DNA from: an uncultured Christensenella sp.
GTDB taxonomy: Bacteria; Bacillota; Clostridia; Christensenellales; Aristaeellaceae
Direction: 5' to 3'
DNA: 64,000 nucleotides
Assembly (NCBI GenBank): GCA_964346355.1
Contig: CAYFUH010000004.1
Location: forward strand, 2,769 to 66,768
The notes below the pieces were generated by a model. The model was not told the origin of the DNA. It searched no databases and saw only the letters and a list, made by a program, of their open reading frames with translations. Of the stretch, positions 45,570 to 54,482 are shown piece after piece; positions within the stretch are counted from its first letter, which is position 1, and every line of letters begins with the position of its first letter. The translations under genes and the position numbers were made by a program.

Positions 45570-46195
45570 AAGCCCTGGTCGGCCTGGGCAACCCAGGCCC
45601 TGAATACGAACGAACCCGCCACAACGTGGGTTTTTTAGCCCTGGAGGAAGCCGCCCGGATGCTGGGTATTGCCGGGGAGCGCGCGCGCTTTAAGGGCTTG
45701 GTTATGGAAGGCCGGGTTGGGGAGGAGCGCGTGGTGCTCTTCCGCCCCACCACCTATATGAATTTATCCGGTGAGGCGCTGGTGGAATTGATGCACTGGT
45801 ACAAGCTGGAGCCGGAGGACATCTTGATCATGTCCGACGACATTGACCTTGACCCCGGCATGATGCGCCTGCGCCAAAAAGGCGGAGCGGGCACGCACAA
45901 CGGGTGGCGCAGCATCATCCAGATGGCCGCCAGCCAGCAGTTTCCCCGCGCGCGCATCGGCATCGGCGCGCCGCCTGCGCACTGGGAGTTGAAGGACTGG
46001 GTGCTTTCCCGCTGGGATCAGGATGAGGGCGCGGAGGGCATCCGCGAAGCCATCACCCTGGCTGCGAAGGCGGGCGTCAGCTTCTTGCAAAACGGCATGC
46101 AGCTGACCATGAACTTGTACAACATCAAAAGCAGGCCCAAAAAGCCCGCTGTGATTCCAAAAACTGAAGATACAGAGGACGCAGATGCTGTCTAG
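45566..46195 (+). CDS. pth: Peptidyl-tRNA hydrolase
   Basis: GTG 45566 (GTGA overlap with the purR stop). LVGLGNPGPEYERTRHNVGF, DDIDLDPG, HNG. Roughly 20-aa acidic C-terminal tail. Confidence 0.9.
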   Translation: MKALVGLGNPGPEYERTRHNVGFLALEEAARMLGIAGERARFKGLVMEGRVGEERVVLFRPTTYMNLSGEALVELMHWYKLEPEDILIMSDDIDLDPGMMRLRQKGGAGTHNGWRSIIQMAASQQFPRARIGIGAPPAHWELKDWVLSRWDQDEGAEGIREAITLAAKAGVSFLQNGMQLTMNLYNIKSRPKKPAVIPKTEDTEDADAV

Positions 46196-49100
46196 GATCC
46201 TTCCCCGCCTGTCAAACCACCCGGCATTTTTCAAAGCCCGGGATGCTTTGGCTGCCGGCAAACTGACCGCCCTGTATGACATGCCGCCCAGCCTGCGGCT
46301 GCTGTTCGCGCTCACCATGGCGCAGGAGCGGCAGGTCATCTACCTGCTGCCCAATGAGCGCGCAGCCCGGCAGGCCTATGAAGACGCCATCGGCCTGCAG
46401 GTGCAGGATGTGGTGTATTTCCAGCAGGCGGATCTGCGCTTTATGCGCGCGGTAACGGGGCTGGAAAGCCAGTGGCAGCGCATCGCGGCGCTGACAAAAA
46501 TCATCAGCGCAAAGGGCAAGCTGCTCATCTGCGCCATTGACGCGCTGCAAGTGCACATGCCGCCGCCGGACTGGCTGGCGCAGTCCATGCGCACCATCAG
46601 ACTTGGCGCAGAATATCAGCCAGACGACTTGGCGCGGGAGTTTGCACTTCTTGGGTATGAACGGGTGGACCTGGTGGAGGGCAAGGGCCAGTTTGCGCTG
46701 CGCGGGGACATCCTGGACATCTACCCGCCCGCCATGGACATGCCCGCGCGCATTGAGTTTTTTGATGTGCAGGTGGACAGCATCCGTCTGTTTGACCCCT
46801 TGACCCAGCGCAGCGCGGACCGGGTGGAGCAGGCGCTCATCACCCCGGCCACCATCCATGTCATCCCGGAAGCGCACCGCGAAGAAGCCGCGGAACGATT
46901 GAGCATACTGCTGGCGCAGGAGGAGACGCCCCTTACCCACCACGCTGTGATGGATGGGGAGCTCATGCTGCCGGAGCCGGATGAGATCCTGGCGTTTGGC
47001 ACCGTCCAAAACGCTGAATTGTGGGCGCATGCGCTTTACCCCGCGGAATCCTCCCTGCTGTCCTACCTGCCGGACGCTTTGCTGGTGGTAGATACACCAG
47101 AGCGCGCCATGCAGCGCATCTTGGATTACACGGACGGCTTTTTGGAGGACTATAGAAATGCGCTTGAAAACCGCATGGCGCACCCCGCACAGGCAGGCTT
47201 GATCCGCAGCCAGGATGAGATGCTGGCCTTGTTGGGAGCGCGCGCCATCTGTACCGTGCAGGACCTGCTGCGCGGCATGGGCAACTTAACGCCGCAGGCG
47301 GTGCTGCCCTTCCCGGGGCAAGGCATGGACAGCTACAAGGGCAGGATTCAAGCTTTGGCTGAGCAGTTGAGTACCTGGCAGGCAGAGGGCATCGCTGCGA
47401 TTCTCTTCACGGGCGGCCAGGCGCGCTCCGAGCGCCTCGCGGCTGCGCTGGCCTCCCGCGGCATCAGCGCCGCGATGCTTGAGGACACAGCGGGCGGGCA
47501 CCAGGTGATGCTGCACCCGGGCAACATCCATGAAGGCGTGCTGATCAAGGACGCTTACCTTGCGATGATCGCGCCAAATGAGCTGTTTGGCACAAGCCGC
47601 ACCAAGGCGCGCAAGCCGCAGACCGCGGGCCAGCGCATCGAGGCCTTCACCGATTTATCCATTGGCGATTATGTCGTACACGACCACCACGGCATCGGTG
47701 TGTACCAGGGCACAGTGCGTCTGCAGTCCGAGGGCATCTGGCGGGATTATCTGTTCATCCAGTACCGCGGCAGCGACAAATTGTACATCCCGGCTGATCA
47801 GTTTGACCGGGTGCAAAAATACATCGGCAGCCCGGATGCCGCACCGCCGCTCAATGACCTGTCCAGCAACACCTGGAGCCGTCAGAAGTCCAAGGTCAAG
47901 GCCGGACTCAAGCAGCTGGCATTTGACCTGGTGGCGCTCTACGCCAGCCGCCAGGCCACGCCCGGCTACGCCTTTGAGCCTTTTGAACCCTTTGAGAGCC
48001 AGTTCGCGGACCAGTTTGACCACGAATTGACCGTTGACCAGGAGCAGGCGGTAAACGAGGTGCTCTCAGACATGGCGCGAGCGCAAAACATGGACCGCCT
48101 GCTGTGCGGGGATGTGGGCTACGGCAAGACCGAGGTGGCTATGCGCGCGGCCTTCCGCGCGGTCATGAACGGCAAGCAGGTGGCCTTTTTGGCCCCCACC
48201 ACCATTTTGGTACAGCAGCATGTGCGCACGCTGCAAAAGCGCTTTGAAGGTTTCCCGGTCACCATCTCCTTTGTGAGCCGCTTCCGCAGCCCCCGGGAGA
48301 ACCGGGAAACCTTGAACCAGACGCGCGAGGGCAAGGTGGACATCCTGGTGGGCACCCACCGCCTCTTAAGCCGTGATGTCGCCTTTAAAAGCCTGGGCCT
48401 GCTGATCATTGATGAGGAGCAGCGCTTTGGCGTGCGCCACAAGGAGCAGATCCAGCACCTCAAATCCACCGTGGACGTGCTCACCCTCAGCGCTACCCCC
48501 ATCCCCCGCACCCTGCACATGAGTATGGTGGGCGTGCGGGACATGAGCCTGCTTGAAACCCCGCCGGAGGACCGCTTCCCCGTGTCCACCTTTGTGGTGG
48601 ATTACAAGGACGGGCTGATCCGCGACGCCATCATGCGGGAGCTGGCGCGAGATGGGCAGGTCTTCTTCCTCTACAACCGCGTGGCGGACATTGACCGCAT
48701 GGCAACCCACCTGCGCCAATTGGTGCCGGAAGCGCGCATCGCGGTGGCGCACGGGCAGATGCCCGAGAGCGCGCTGGAAGACGTGATGCACGAGTTTTAC
48801 CTGGCGCGCCACGATGTGCTCCTGTGCAGCACCATCATTGAAAACGGGCTGGACATCCAAAACGCCAATACGCTGATTGTGTACGACGCGGACCGTTTTG
48901 GCCTGTCACAGCTGTACCAGCTGCGCGGGCGCGTGGGCCGCAGCACGCAGGCAGCCTATGCCTTCTTTACCGTCCGGCCCGACAAGTCCTTGAGTGAGAC
49001 GGCGGAAAAGCGCCTGTCTGCCATCAAAGAGTTCACCGCCTTTGGCGCGGGCTTCCGCATCGCCATGCGCGATCTGGAGATCCGCGGCGCCGGCAACATC

Positions 49101-49694
49101 TTTGGCCCGGAGCAGTCCGGCCAGGTGGCGGTGGTGGGCTATGACATGTACGTGCGCATGATTGAGGAAGCCATTAAGGAAGCGCAGGGCGATTTCTCAA
49201 GCCAGCGGCAAAGCGAGCTGGAAACCAGGGTGGATTTGATGGTCAACGCCTTTTTGCCCGAGGACTATGTGCGCGGTGAGGCCCAGCGGATTGAGATTTA
49301 CAAGCGCATTGCCATGATCCGCAATGAGCAGGACGAGACCGTGCTGATTGATGATTTGATTGACCGCTTTGGTGAGCCGGAGGAGCCGGTCATCAACTTA
49401 ATCCGCATCGCCCGGCTGCGCGCCCTGGCCAATGAGCTGGGCATTGACCAGGTGCGGCTGGACCGGGGCGACCTGGTCATGCGCTTCAACCCACAGTACG
49501 CGGCGGACCCATTGCTCCTCTACCAGGCGCTGAGCCACATTGGCAGCCGGATGAGCCTGCAGTCCGGCAAACGGGCTACCTTCCTGATGATTGCCCTGCG
49601 CGGCAAGGACACACAAGAGGTGCTGGTAGCCGGCATCAAGGCGCTGACCCTTTTAATTGACACAATGAACCAATTGAAAACGCCCGTCGCATAA
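46185..49694 (+). CDS. mfd: Transcription-repair coupling factor
   Basis: 1169 aa. CarD-like IGDYVVHDHHGIGVY, helicase motifs GDVGYGKTEVA and DEEQRFG, TRG motif, C-terminal D7-like domain. 11-nt overlap with pth. Confidence 0.95.
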   Translation: MLSRILPRLSNHPAFFKARDALAAGKLTALYDMPPSLRLLFALTMAQERQVIYLLPNERAARQAYEDAIGLQVQDVVYFQQADLRFMRAVTGLESQWQRIAALTKIISAKGKLLICAIDALQVHMPPPDWLAQSMRTIRLGAEYQPDDLAREFALLGYERVDLVEGKGQFALRGDILDIYPPAMDMPARIEFFDVQVDSIRLFDPLTQRSADRVEQALITPATIHVIPEAHREEAAERLSILLAQEETPLTHHAVMDGELMLPEPDEILAFGTVQNAELWAHALYPAESSLLSYLPDALLVVDTPERAMQRILDYTDGFLEDYRNALENRMAHPAQAGLIRSQDEMLALLGARAICTVQDLLRGMGNLTPQAVLPFPGQGMDSYKGRIQALAEQLSTWQAEGIAAILFTGGQARSERLAAALASRGISAAMLEDTAGGHQVMLHPGNIHEGVLIKDAYLAMIAPNELFGTSRTKARKPQTAGQRIEAFTDLSIGDYVVHDHHGIGVYQGTVRLQSEGIWRDYLFIQYRGSDKLYIPADQFDRVQKYIGSPDAAPPLNDLSSNTWSRQKSKVKAGLKQLAFDLVALYASRQATPGYAFEPFEPFESQFADQFDHELTVDQEQAVNEVLSDMARAQNMDRLLCGDVGYGKTEVAMRAAFRAVMNGKQVAFLAPTTILVQQHVRTLQKRFEGFPVTISFVSRFRSPRENRETLNQTREGKVDILVGTHRLLSRDVAFKSLGLLIIDEEQRFGVRHKEQIQHLKSTVDVLTLSATPIPRTLHMSMVGVRDMSLLETPPEDRFPVSTFVVDYKDGLIRDAIMRELARDGQVFFLYNRVADIDRMATHLRQLVPEARIAVAHGQMPESALEDVMHEFYLARHDVLLCSTIIENGLDIQNANTLIVYDADRFGLSQLYQLRGRVGRSTQAAYAFFTVRPDKSLSETAEKRLSAIKEFTAFGAGFRIAMRDLEIRGAGNIFGPEQSGQVAVVGYDMYVRMIEEAIKEAQGDFSSQRQSELETRVDLMVNAFLPEDYVRGEAQRIEIYKRIAMIRNEQDETVLIDDLIDRFGEPEEPVINLIRIARLRALANELGIDQVRLDRGDLVMRFNPQYAADPLLLYQALSHIGSRMSLQSGKRATFLMIALRGKDTQEVLVAGIKALTLLIDTMNQLKTPVA

Positions 49695-49718
49695 ACAGGC
49701 GTTTTCATTGGATGATGC

Positions 49719-49745
49719 AAGCCGCCGCACAGGCGGTTTTTTGTA
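49719..49745. terminator. Terminator between convergent mfd and the permease gene
   Basis: AAGCCGCC-GCACA-GGCGGTTTTTTG. Confidence 0.7.
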
Positions 49746-51161
49746 TTACTCGTCGACTGTTTGCACGGTCTTTTTCTCGCCGATGCTGAGCACGAAGTTG
49801 AGGATGATGCCCAGGATGGCCGCGCCCGCGATGGCGGGGACGTTGAGGCCGAAGAAGTCGATATTGCCGCCAAAGCCGTAGTTGACGCCCAGGCCAAAGG
49901 TCATGATGACGGCGATGACCGCGATGTTCTTGGAATCAAACATGCTGACACCCTTGTCAATCAAAATGGCGATGCCCTGCGCGGCGATGGCGCCAAACAG
50001 GTAGATTTCCAGCCCGCCGATGACGGCGACCGGAATGCCGTAGATGACCTTAATGAGCGGGGTAAAGCAGGAGATAACCATCGCCAGCAGGCCTGCTGCG
50101 AACATCACCGGCACGGAGAAGACTTTGGTGATGGCCATGGTGGAGATGTTCTCGCCGTAGTTGGTGCCGGCGGGGCCGCCCACGGCACCGGAGATCATGT
50201 CGCAGATGCCGTCGCCGATTAAGTTGCGGTCCAGCAGGGACGCGATGTCGTAGTGCTTGCCGCGCTTTTTGGCCTCATTGTTGACATAGATATCCAGCTG
50301 GTAGATGTGCGCGGTGGATTCGGGGATGGTGGCGATGGCGATGGGCATGATGGCTGCCACCGCCGCCCAGGACACCTTGGGCAGGGTAAAGGCGGGCAGG
50401 GAGAAGATGGCGCCGTCGCCCAGCTTCCAGGTGGAGGCATCCAGCGCCTCCTGCGGGATAGCGCGGAAGAAATCCCCGCCGCCCACGGCGTAGATGATGG
50501 CAGCCGCGGCGCAGCCGGTCAAAGCGCCTAAAAGCAGGGGCAGCTGGCCCAAAAAACCTTTGAACTTGCGGCTATAGATGACGGTGGAGAACAGCGTGAC
50601 AAGGGAGATGACCCAGACCACAGAGGACTGCATCACATCGCCCGAGAGCGCCTGGGGCGCCGCGTCCTGCATGGCGTTGCCGGCCAAGGTAAGGCCGATA
50701 ATCATCGCGACCGGACCCGTCACCTGCGCGGGCAGGATCTTCTCCACCTTGTCCTTGCCGGAGTAGCGCACCAGGATACCGGCGATGATGGAGATGATGC
50801 CGGAGAAGATGATGCCAAACTGCGCCTGGCTGATCAGCTCCGGCGGCAGGATCTTGGTGGCTTCAAAGACCGCCAATTGCTCCACCGTGCCCTCCGCCGC
50901 GATCATAGAGGCAATGGCCGTCAAATAGGCGAAGGAGGAGCCGTAGTACATGGGAATCTTGCCGCCGGTGATGAGCGTGAAGCACACGGTGGCCAGACCG
51001 GAAGCGAAAATGGTGGTGGACACCTGGAAACCCGTGATGAGCGCCACGGCCACCGTGGCCGGGAACATGACGATGATTTGCTGCAGGGCGTACAGCAAGA
51101 GGCGTCCCAGCGGCGGCCGCTCGTCCGGCAAATAGGAGTGGTGGATGTTCCGTTTGGTCAT
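49746..51161 (-). CDS. NCS2 (uracil/xanthine permease, SLC23-type) nucleobase:cation symporter
   Basis: 471 aa. ERPPLG, GGKIPMYYGSSFAY, TNYGENISTMAITKVFS. AAAAGGAGAG RBS. Confidence 0.88.
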   Translation of the reverse strand: MTKRNIHHSYLPDERPPLGRLLLYALQQIIVMFPATVAVALITGFQVSTTIFASGLATVCFTLITGGKIPMYYGSSFAYLTAIASMIAAEGTVEQLAVFEATKILPPELISQAQFGIIFSGIISIIAGILVRYSGKDKVEKILPAQVTGPVAMIIGLTLAGNAMQDAAPQALSGDVMQSSVVWVISLVTLFSTVIYSRKFKGFLGQLPLLLGALTGCAAAAIIYAVGGGDFFRAIPQEALDASTWKLGDGAIFSLPAFTLPKVSWAAVAAIMPIAIATIPESTAHIYQLDIYVNNEAKKRGKHYDIASLLDRNLIGDGICDMISGAVGGPAGTNYGENISTMAITKVFSVPVMFAAGLLAMVISCFTPLIKVIYGIPVAVIGGLEIYLFGAIAAQGIAILIDKGVSMFDSKNIAVIAVIMTFGLGVNYGFGGNIDFFGLNVPAIAGAAILGIILNFVLSIGEKKTVQTVDE

Positions 51162-51285
51162 TTTTGCTCTCCTTTTGGTTGGTTTTGCTGGTCATTTTAA
51201 AAAAACAGCCCCCTATGAGCTGTAGTTCCTGCATTCTGTCTGCATGAGATGGCCTCCTTGTGGAAGTGTCCCGGTGCTTTGCGTG

Positions 51286-51362
51286 AGAATAGCACAGCGA
51301 CCCGGCTACGTCAAGCAGTTTTCGGAACGATTGAGCAAACAAAAGCTTAATCGTTCGTGTAT
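51286..51362 (-). promoter_or_regulatory. Promoter of the NCS2 permease with an upstream inverted repeat (PurBox-like pair)
   Basis: Minus strand: TTGACG (51309-51314), 17 nt, TATTCT (51286-51291). Upstream: ATACACGAACGAT (51350-51362), 18 nt, ATCGTTCCGAAAA (51319-51331). The arms CGAACGAT/ATCGTTCC form an inverted repeat. Confidence 0.5.
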
Positions 51363-51405
51363 TTAATGTTTCTCATTTAAAAAATAGATATTTTCAATCT
51401 TCTGT

Positions 51406-51450
51406 TTGACATCCGCCCAAAACGGTTTATAATTTGAAACTGAGTTTCAA
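51406..51450 (+). promoter_or_regulatory. zur-znuACB promoter with a 7-3-7 palindromic operator
   Basis: TTGACA (51406-51411), 16 nt, TATAAT (51428-51433). It is immediately followed by the perfect palindrome TTGAAAC-TGA-GTTTCAA (51434-51450). Confidence 0.7.
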
Positions 51451-51476
51451 TTTTGGAGGGCATTGCACTGAAACAG

Positions 51477-51890
51477 ATGGACCGGAAGGAGTACAGCACC
51501 AGGCAGCGCAACGCGGTACTGGATTGTTTTTTGCGCCAGCCCCAAAGTGGGCTGACCGCGCAGGAGGTATATCAGCAGCTGCGACAGGACGGGGTGGCCA
51601 TTGGCCGCACCACCGTGTACCGCGCAATCAACCACCTGTGTGAGCAGGGCGTGTTAATCCAGCTGCCTGAACTGTACAGCGGGACGGACGCGCCCAAGCG
51701 CTACCAGCACCGTGGGCAGGACACCGGCCACATCAGCGTGCGCTGCACCGGCTGCGGGATGATCGCGGCGCTCAAGTGCGAGGCTGTGAGCGCCTTTGAG
51801 CGCCACGTCAAAGAGGACCACGGTTTCCGTCTGTTGGAAGAGGAATGCCTGCTGCCCGGATTGTGCCAGGATTGTACAAACAAAACCTGA
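51477..51890 (+). CDS. zur: Fur-family metalloregulator, probably Zur
   Basis: ATG 51477 preferred over TTG 51453 (GGAGGG at 51455-51460); the start is uncertain. Winged-helix region AQEVYQQL...IGRTTVYRAINHL. CxxC pairs CTGC and CQDC. First gene of a zinc ABC operon. Confidence 0.8.
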   Translation: MDRKEYSTRQRNAVLDCFLRQPQSGLTAQEVYQQLRQDGVAIGRTTVYRAINHLCEQGVLIQLPELYSGTDAPKRYQHRGQDTGHISVRCTGCGMIAALKCEAVSAFERHVKEDHGFRLLEEECLLPGLCQDCTNKT

Positions 51891-51906
51891 TTAGGAAAGG
51901 AACCCC

Positions 51907-52881
51907 ATGAAAATTTTTGTCATTGCCCTCATCGCCCTTAGCCTGATGCTGGCCACCCCCCTGAGCGTGCCGGCGGAAGAAAAGCTGCAGATTATTACCA
52001 TGAACTTCCCCGCTTTTGATTTTGCCCGGCAGGTAGCAGGAAGCCGCGCAGAGGTCACCCTCCTGTTGCCCCCGGGTGTGGACGCGCACAGCTTTGAGCC
52101 CTCCCCCCGTGACGTGATCGCGATGCAGGAGGCCGATTTGCTCATTTACAACGGCGGTATCGGCGAAAACTGGATCAGCGGCATGCTGAAATCCATGGGG
52201 ACTGACGCCCCGGCAGCCATTGCCATGATGGACCAGGTGGATACCGTGGCAGAGGAATTGGTGGAAGGCATGGAGGATGTGCCGCACGCCCATTCCCACG
52301 GGGATGAAGACGACCACGACGATCACGATGATGACCATGATGATGAGGAGCGCGAGCTGGATGAGCATGTGTGGACCACGCCTCGCAACGCCATCCGCAT
52401 CTCCCGCGCGATCCTGGAAAAACTGATCGAGCTGGACCCAAAAGGCCGTGACAGTTACCAGGCCAATTTTGACCGCTTTGAGCAGGAGTTAAAAGCCCTG
52501 GACCAGGATTTCCAGGCGATGTTTGCATCCGCCAAGCGCAACACCATCGTGCTGGGCGACCGCTTCCCCATGCGCTATTTCACCAATGAGTACAAGCTGG
52601 ATTACTACGCCGCCTTCCCCGGCTGCGCGGCGGAAACCGAGCCCAGCGCCCGCACCATCGCCTTCCTCATGGACACCATCAGGAAGGAAGAAATCCCGGT
52701 GGTCTTCCATATAGAATTTTCCAATCAGAAAGCCGCCAACGCGATTGCCGCTGAAACCGGCGCCAAAACGCTGCTGCTGCACTCCGGGCACAACGTAAGC
52801 AGCCAGGAGATGGCGGACGGCATCACCTACCTGTCCATCATGCGGCAAAACCTGAACACCTTAAAGGAGGCCTTGTACTGA
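51907..52881 (+). CDS. znuA: Zinc/metal ABC transporter substrate-binding protein (ZnuA/AdcA-like) with a His/Asp-rich loop
   Basis: 324 aa. Signal peptide. Cluster-9 SBP layout (DAHSFEPSP, DEHVW). Acidic His-rich loop HAHSHGDEDDHDDHDDDHDDEE. Confidence 0.88.
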   Translation: MKIFVIALIALSLMLATPLSVPAEEKLQIITMNFPAFDFARQVAGSRAEVTLLLPPGVDAHSFEPSPRDVIAMQEADLLIYNGGIGENWISGMLKSMGTDAPAAIAMMDQVDTVAEELVEGMEDVPHAHSHGDEDDHDDHDDDHDDEERELDEHVWTTPRNAIRISRAILEKLIELDPKGRDSYQANFDRFEQELKALDQDFQAMFASAKRNTIVLGDRFPMRYFTNEYKLDYYAAFPGCAAETEPSARTIAFLMDTIRKEEIPVVFHIEFSNQKAANAIAAETGAKTLLLHSGHNVSSQEMADGITYLSIMRQNLNTLKEALY

Positions 52882-53582
52882 TGCCCTTGATTTCTGTCAG
52901 GGACGCCGCCTTTGCCTACGATGGGCAGATCGTCCTCTCTGGTGTCACTTTTGACGTGAACCAGGGGGACTATCTGTGTATCGTGGGCGAGAACGGCTCC
53001 GGTAAATCCACCTTGATGAAAGGCCTGCTGCGCCTGGTGAGCCCTGTGAAGGGCGCCGTCAGCCTGGGTGATGGCCTTGCGCAGGATGAGATTGGCTACC
53101 TGCCCCAGCAAAACCTGACCCAGCGGGATTTCCCCGCCTCGGTGCTGGAGGTGGTGGAGTCAGGCATCCGGGGCAAGCGCCTTTTTTTGAACAAAGCGGA
53201 CAAGGCGCGCGCGCAGGAGAAGATGGAACTCCTGGAGATTGCGGATTTGCAGCACCGCAGCTTCATGGAGCTCTCCGGCGGGCAGCGCCAGCGCGCCTTA
53301 TTGGCCCGTGCCCTGTGCGCGACGCGCAAGCTGCTCTTGCTTGATGAACCCACCGCGGGGCTTGACCCGGTTGTGGCGCGGGAATTGTATAAAACTATTG
53401 AAAATATCAACAAGGAGCAGGGCATCGCCGTCATCATGATTACCCATGATGTGCATACGGCCGCCTTTTACGCCAGCAGCATCCTGCACCTGCAGCAAAC
53501 GCCCCTCTTCTTCGGTAAGCCGGATGAGTACCTAGACACCTATCATGGGCAGTGTTTCGCGGGAGGGATTTGTGATGTTTGA
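52881..53582 (+). CDS. znuC: Metal ABC transporter ATP-binding protein
   Basis: 233 aa. Walker A GENGSGKST, signature LSGGQRQR, Walker B LLLLDEP. Confidence 0.9.
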   Translation: MPLISVRDAAFAYDGQIVLSGVTFDVNQGDYLCIVGENGSGKSTLMKGLLRLVSPVKGAVSLGDGLAQDEIGYLPQQNLTQRDFPASVLEVVESGIRGKRLFLNKADKARAQEKMELLEIADLQHRSFMELSGGQRQRALLARALCATRKLLLLDEPTAGLDPVVARELYKTIENINKEQGIAVIMITHDVHTAAFYASSILHLQQTPLFFGKPDEYLDTYHGQCFAGGICDV

Positions 53583-54411
53583 CTGGCTGTTTGAGATGTT
53601 TTCCTACGCCTTCATCACCCGCGCGGTGCTGGTGGGGATGATTGTATCCCTGTGCGCAGCGCTTTTGGGCGTGAGCCTGGTGCTGAAGCGCTATTCCATG
53701 ATTGGGGACGGCTTATCTCATGTGGGCTTTGGCGCGTTAGCTGTCGCCATGGTGCTGGGGGTTGCGCCCCTGGCCTTCACCATTCCGGTGGTGGTGGTGG
53801 CTGCCCTCCTGCTGCTGCGGCTGTCTGAAACCAGCAAGATCAAGGGGGACGCAGCCATTGGCATGATTGCCACCGCTGCTTTGGCTGTGGGCGTGATGGT
53901 GCTGTCCTTGGCCCGCAACGCCAACGCGGACATCTCCGGCTACCTGTTTGGCAGCATCCTTGTGATGTCCAAGGACGATCTTTTCATCAGCCTGATCTTG
54001 GGCGGCGCGGTGCTGATGCTCTTTATCCTCTACTACCGCCGCATTTTCACGGTCACCTTTGACGAAGCCTTCGCCCGGGCGACCGGCTTGAAGGCGGGGC
54101 TCTACAACACGCTGATTGCTGTGCTCACAGCCGTCACGATTGTGCTGGGCATGCGCTTGATGGGCGCGATGCTGATTTCCTCCCTGATTATCTTCCCGGC
54201 GCTGACCGCGATGCGCCTGTGCAAAAGCTTTAAGACGGTTACCTTGACCGCGGCGGGCGTCAGCCTGATCAGCTTTTTTATCGGCATGTCCCTCTCCTAT
54301 TTGCTGTCCACGCCCGCGGGCGCCAGCGTGGTGCTGGTGAACGCCCTGATGTTCTTGCTGTTTGCGCTCATCGCCAGACTGCGCAGCCGGAAACTGAAAC
54401 CAGCCGCTTGA
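53575..54411 (+). CDS. znuB: Metal ABC transporter permease
   Basis: ORF 53545.. trimmed to ATG 53575 (8-nt overlap with znuC). 8-9 TM segments, ZnuB/TroC-type. Confidence 0.88.
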   Translation: MFDWLFEMFSYAFITRAVLVGMIVSLCAALLGVSLVLKRYSMIGDGLSHVGFGALAVAMVLGVAPLAFTIPVVVVAALLLLRLSETSKIKGDAAIGMIATAALAVGVMVLSLARNANADISGYLFGSILVMSKDDLFISLILGGAVLMLFILYYRRIFTVTFDEAFARATGLKAGLYNTLIAVLTAVTIVLGMRLMGAMLISSLIIFPALTAMRLCKSFKTVTLTAAGVSLISFFIGMSLSYLLSTPAGASVVLVNALMFLLFALIARLRSRKLKPAA

Positions 54412-54436
54412 ACAAGGCGAACATATGTGCTATTAT
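54408..54436 (+). promoter_or_regulatory. uvrA promoter with a LexA (Cheo-box)-like operator in the spacer
   Basis: TTGAAC (54408-54413), 17 nt, TATTAT (54431-54436). The spacer holds CGAACATATGTGCT (54418-54431), which matches 12/14 positions of the Firmicute SOS-box consensus CGAACRNRYGTTYC. Confidence 0.6.
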
Positions 54437-54482
54437 TGCCTTGTTCATGCAGTGAACAATCCCATGCTATGAAAGTGACTTT

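Noticed and set aside
46212-47183. 323-aa minus-strand ORF. Similar long antisense ORFs occur at 22852..23673, 26948..27670, 54297..55079, 58422..59625, 60928..61647, 62005..62739 and 31974..32708.
   Set aside because: All overlap confidently identified genes (mfd, glnS, GH130, uvrA, rsuA, pepV and others) on the opposite strand. None has a Shine-Dalgarno site, and all have low-complexity Arg/His/Gly-rich sequences.
51162-51285. Purine riboswitch or PyrR attenuator in the NCS2 permease leader
   Set aside because: The leader lacks the conserved purine-riboswitch junction sequences (UAUAAU...GGAUAUGG...CCGUAAAU...GACUA type). It only loosely resembles the PyrR loop UCCAGAGAGG (here UCCACAAGGAGG). 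It is reported only as a uORF/hairpin leader.
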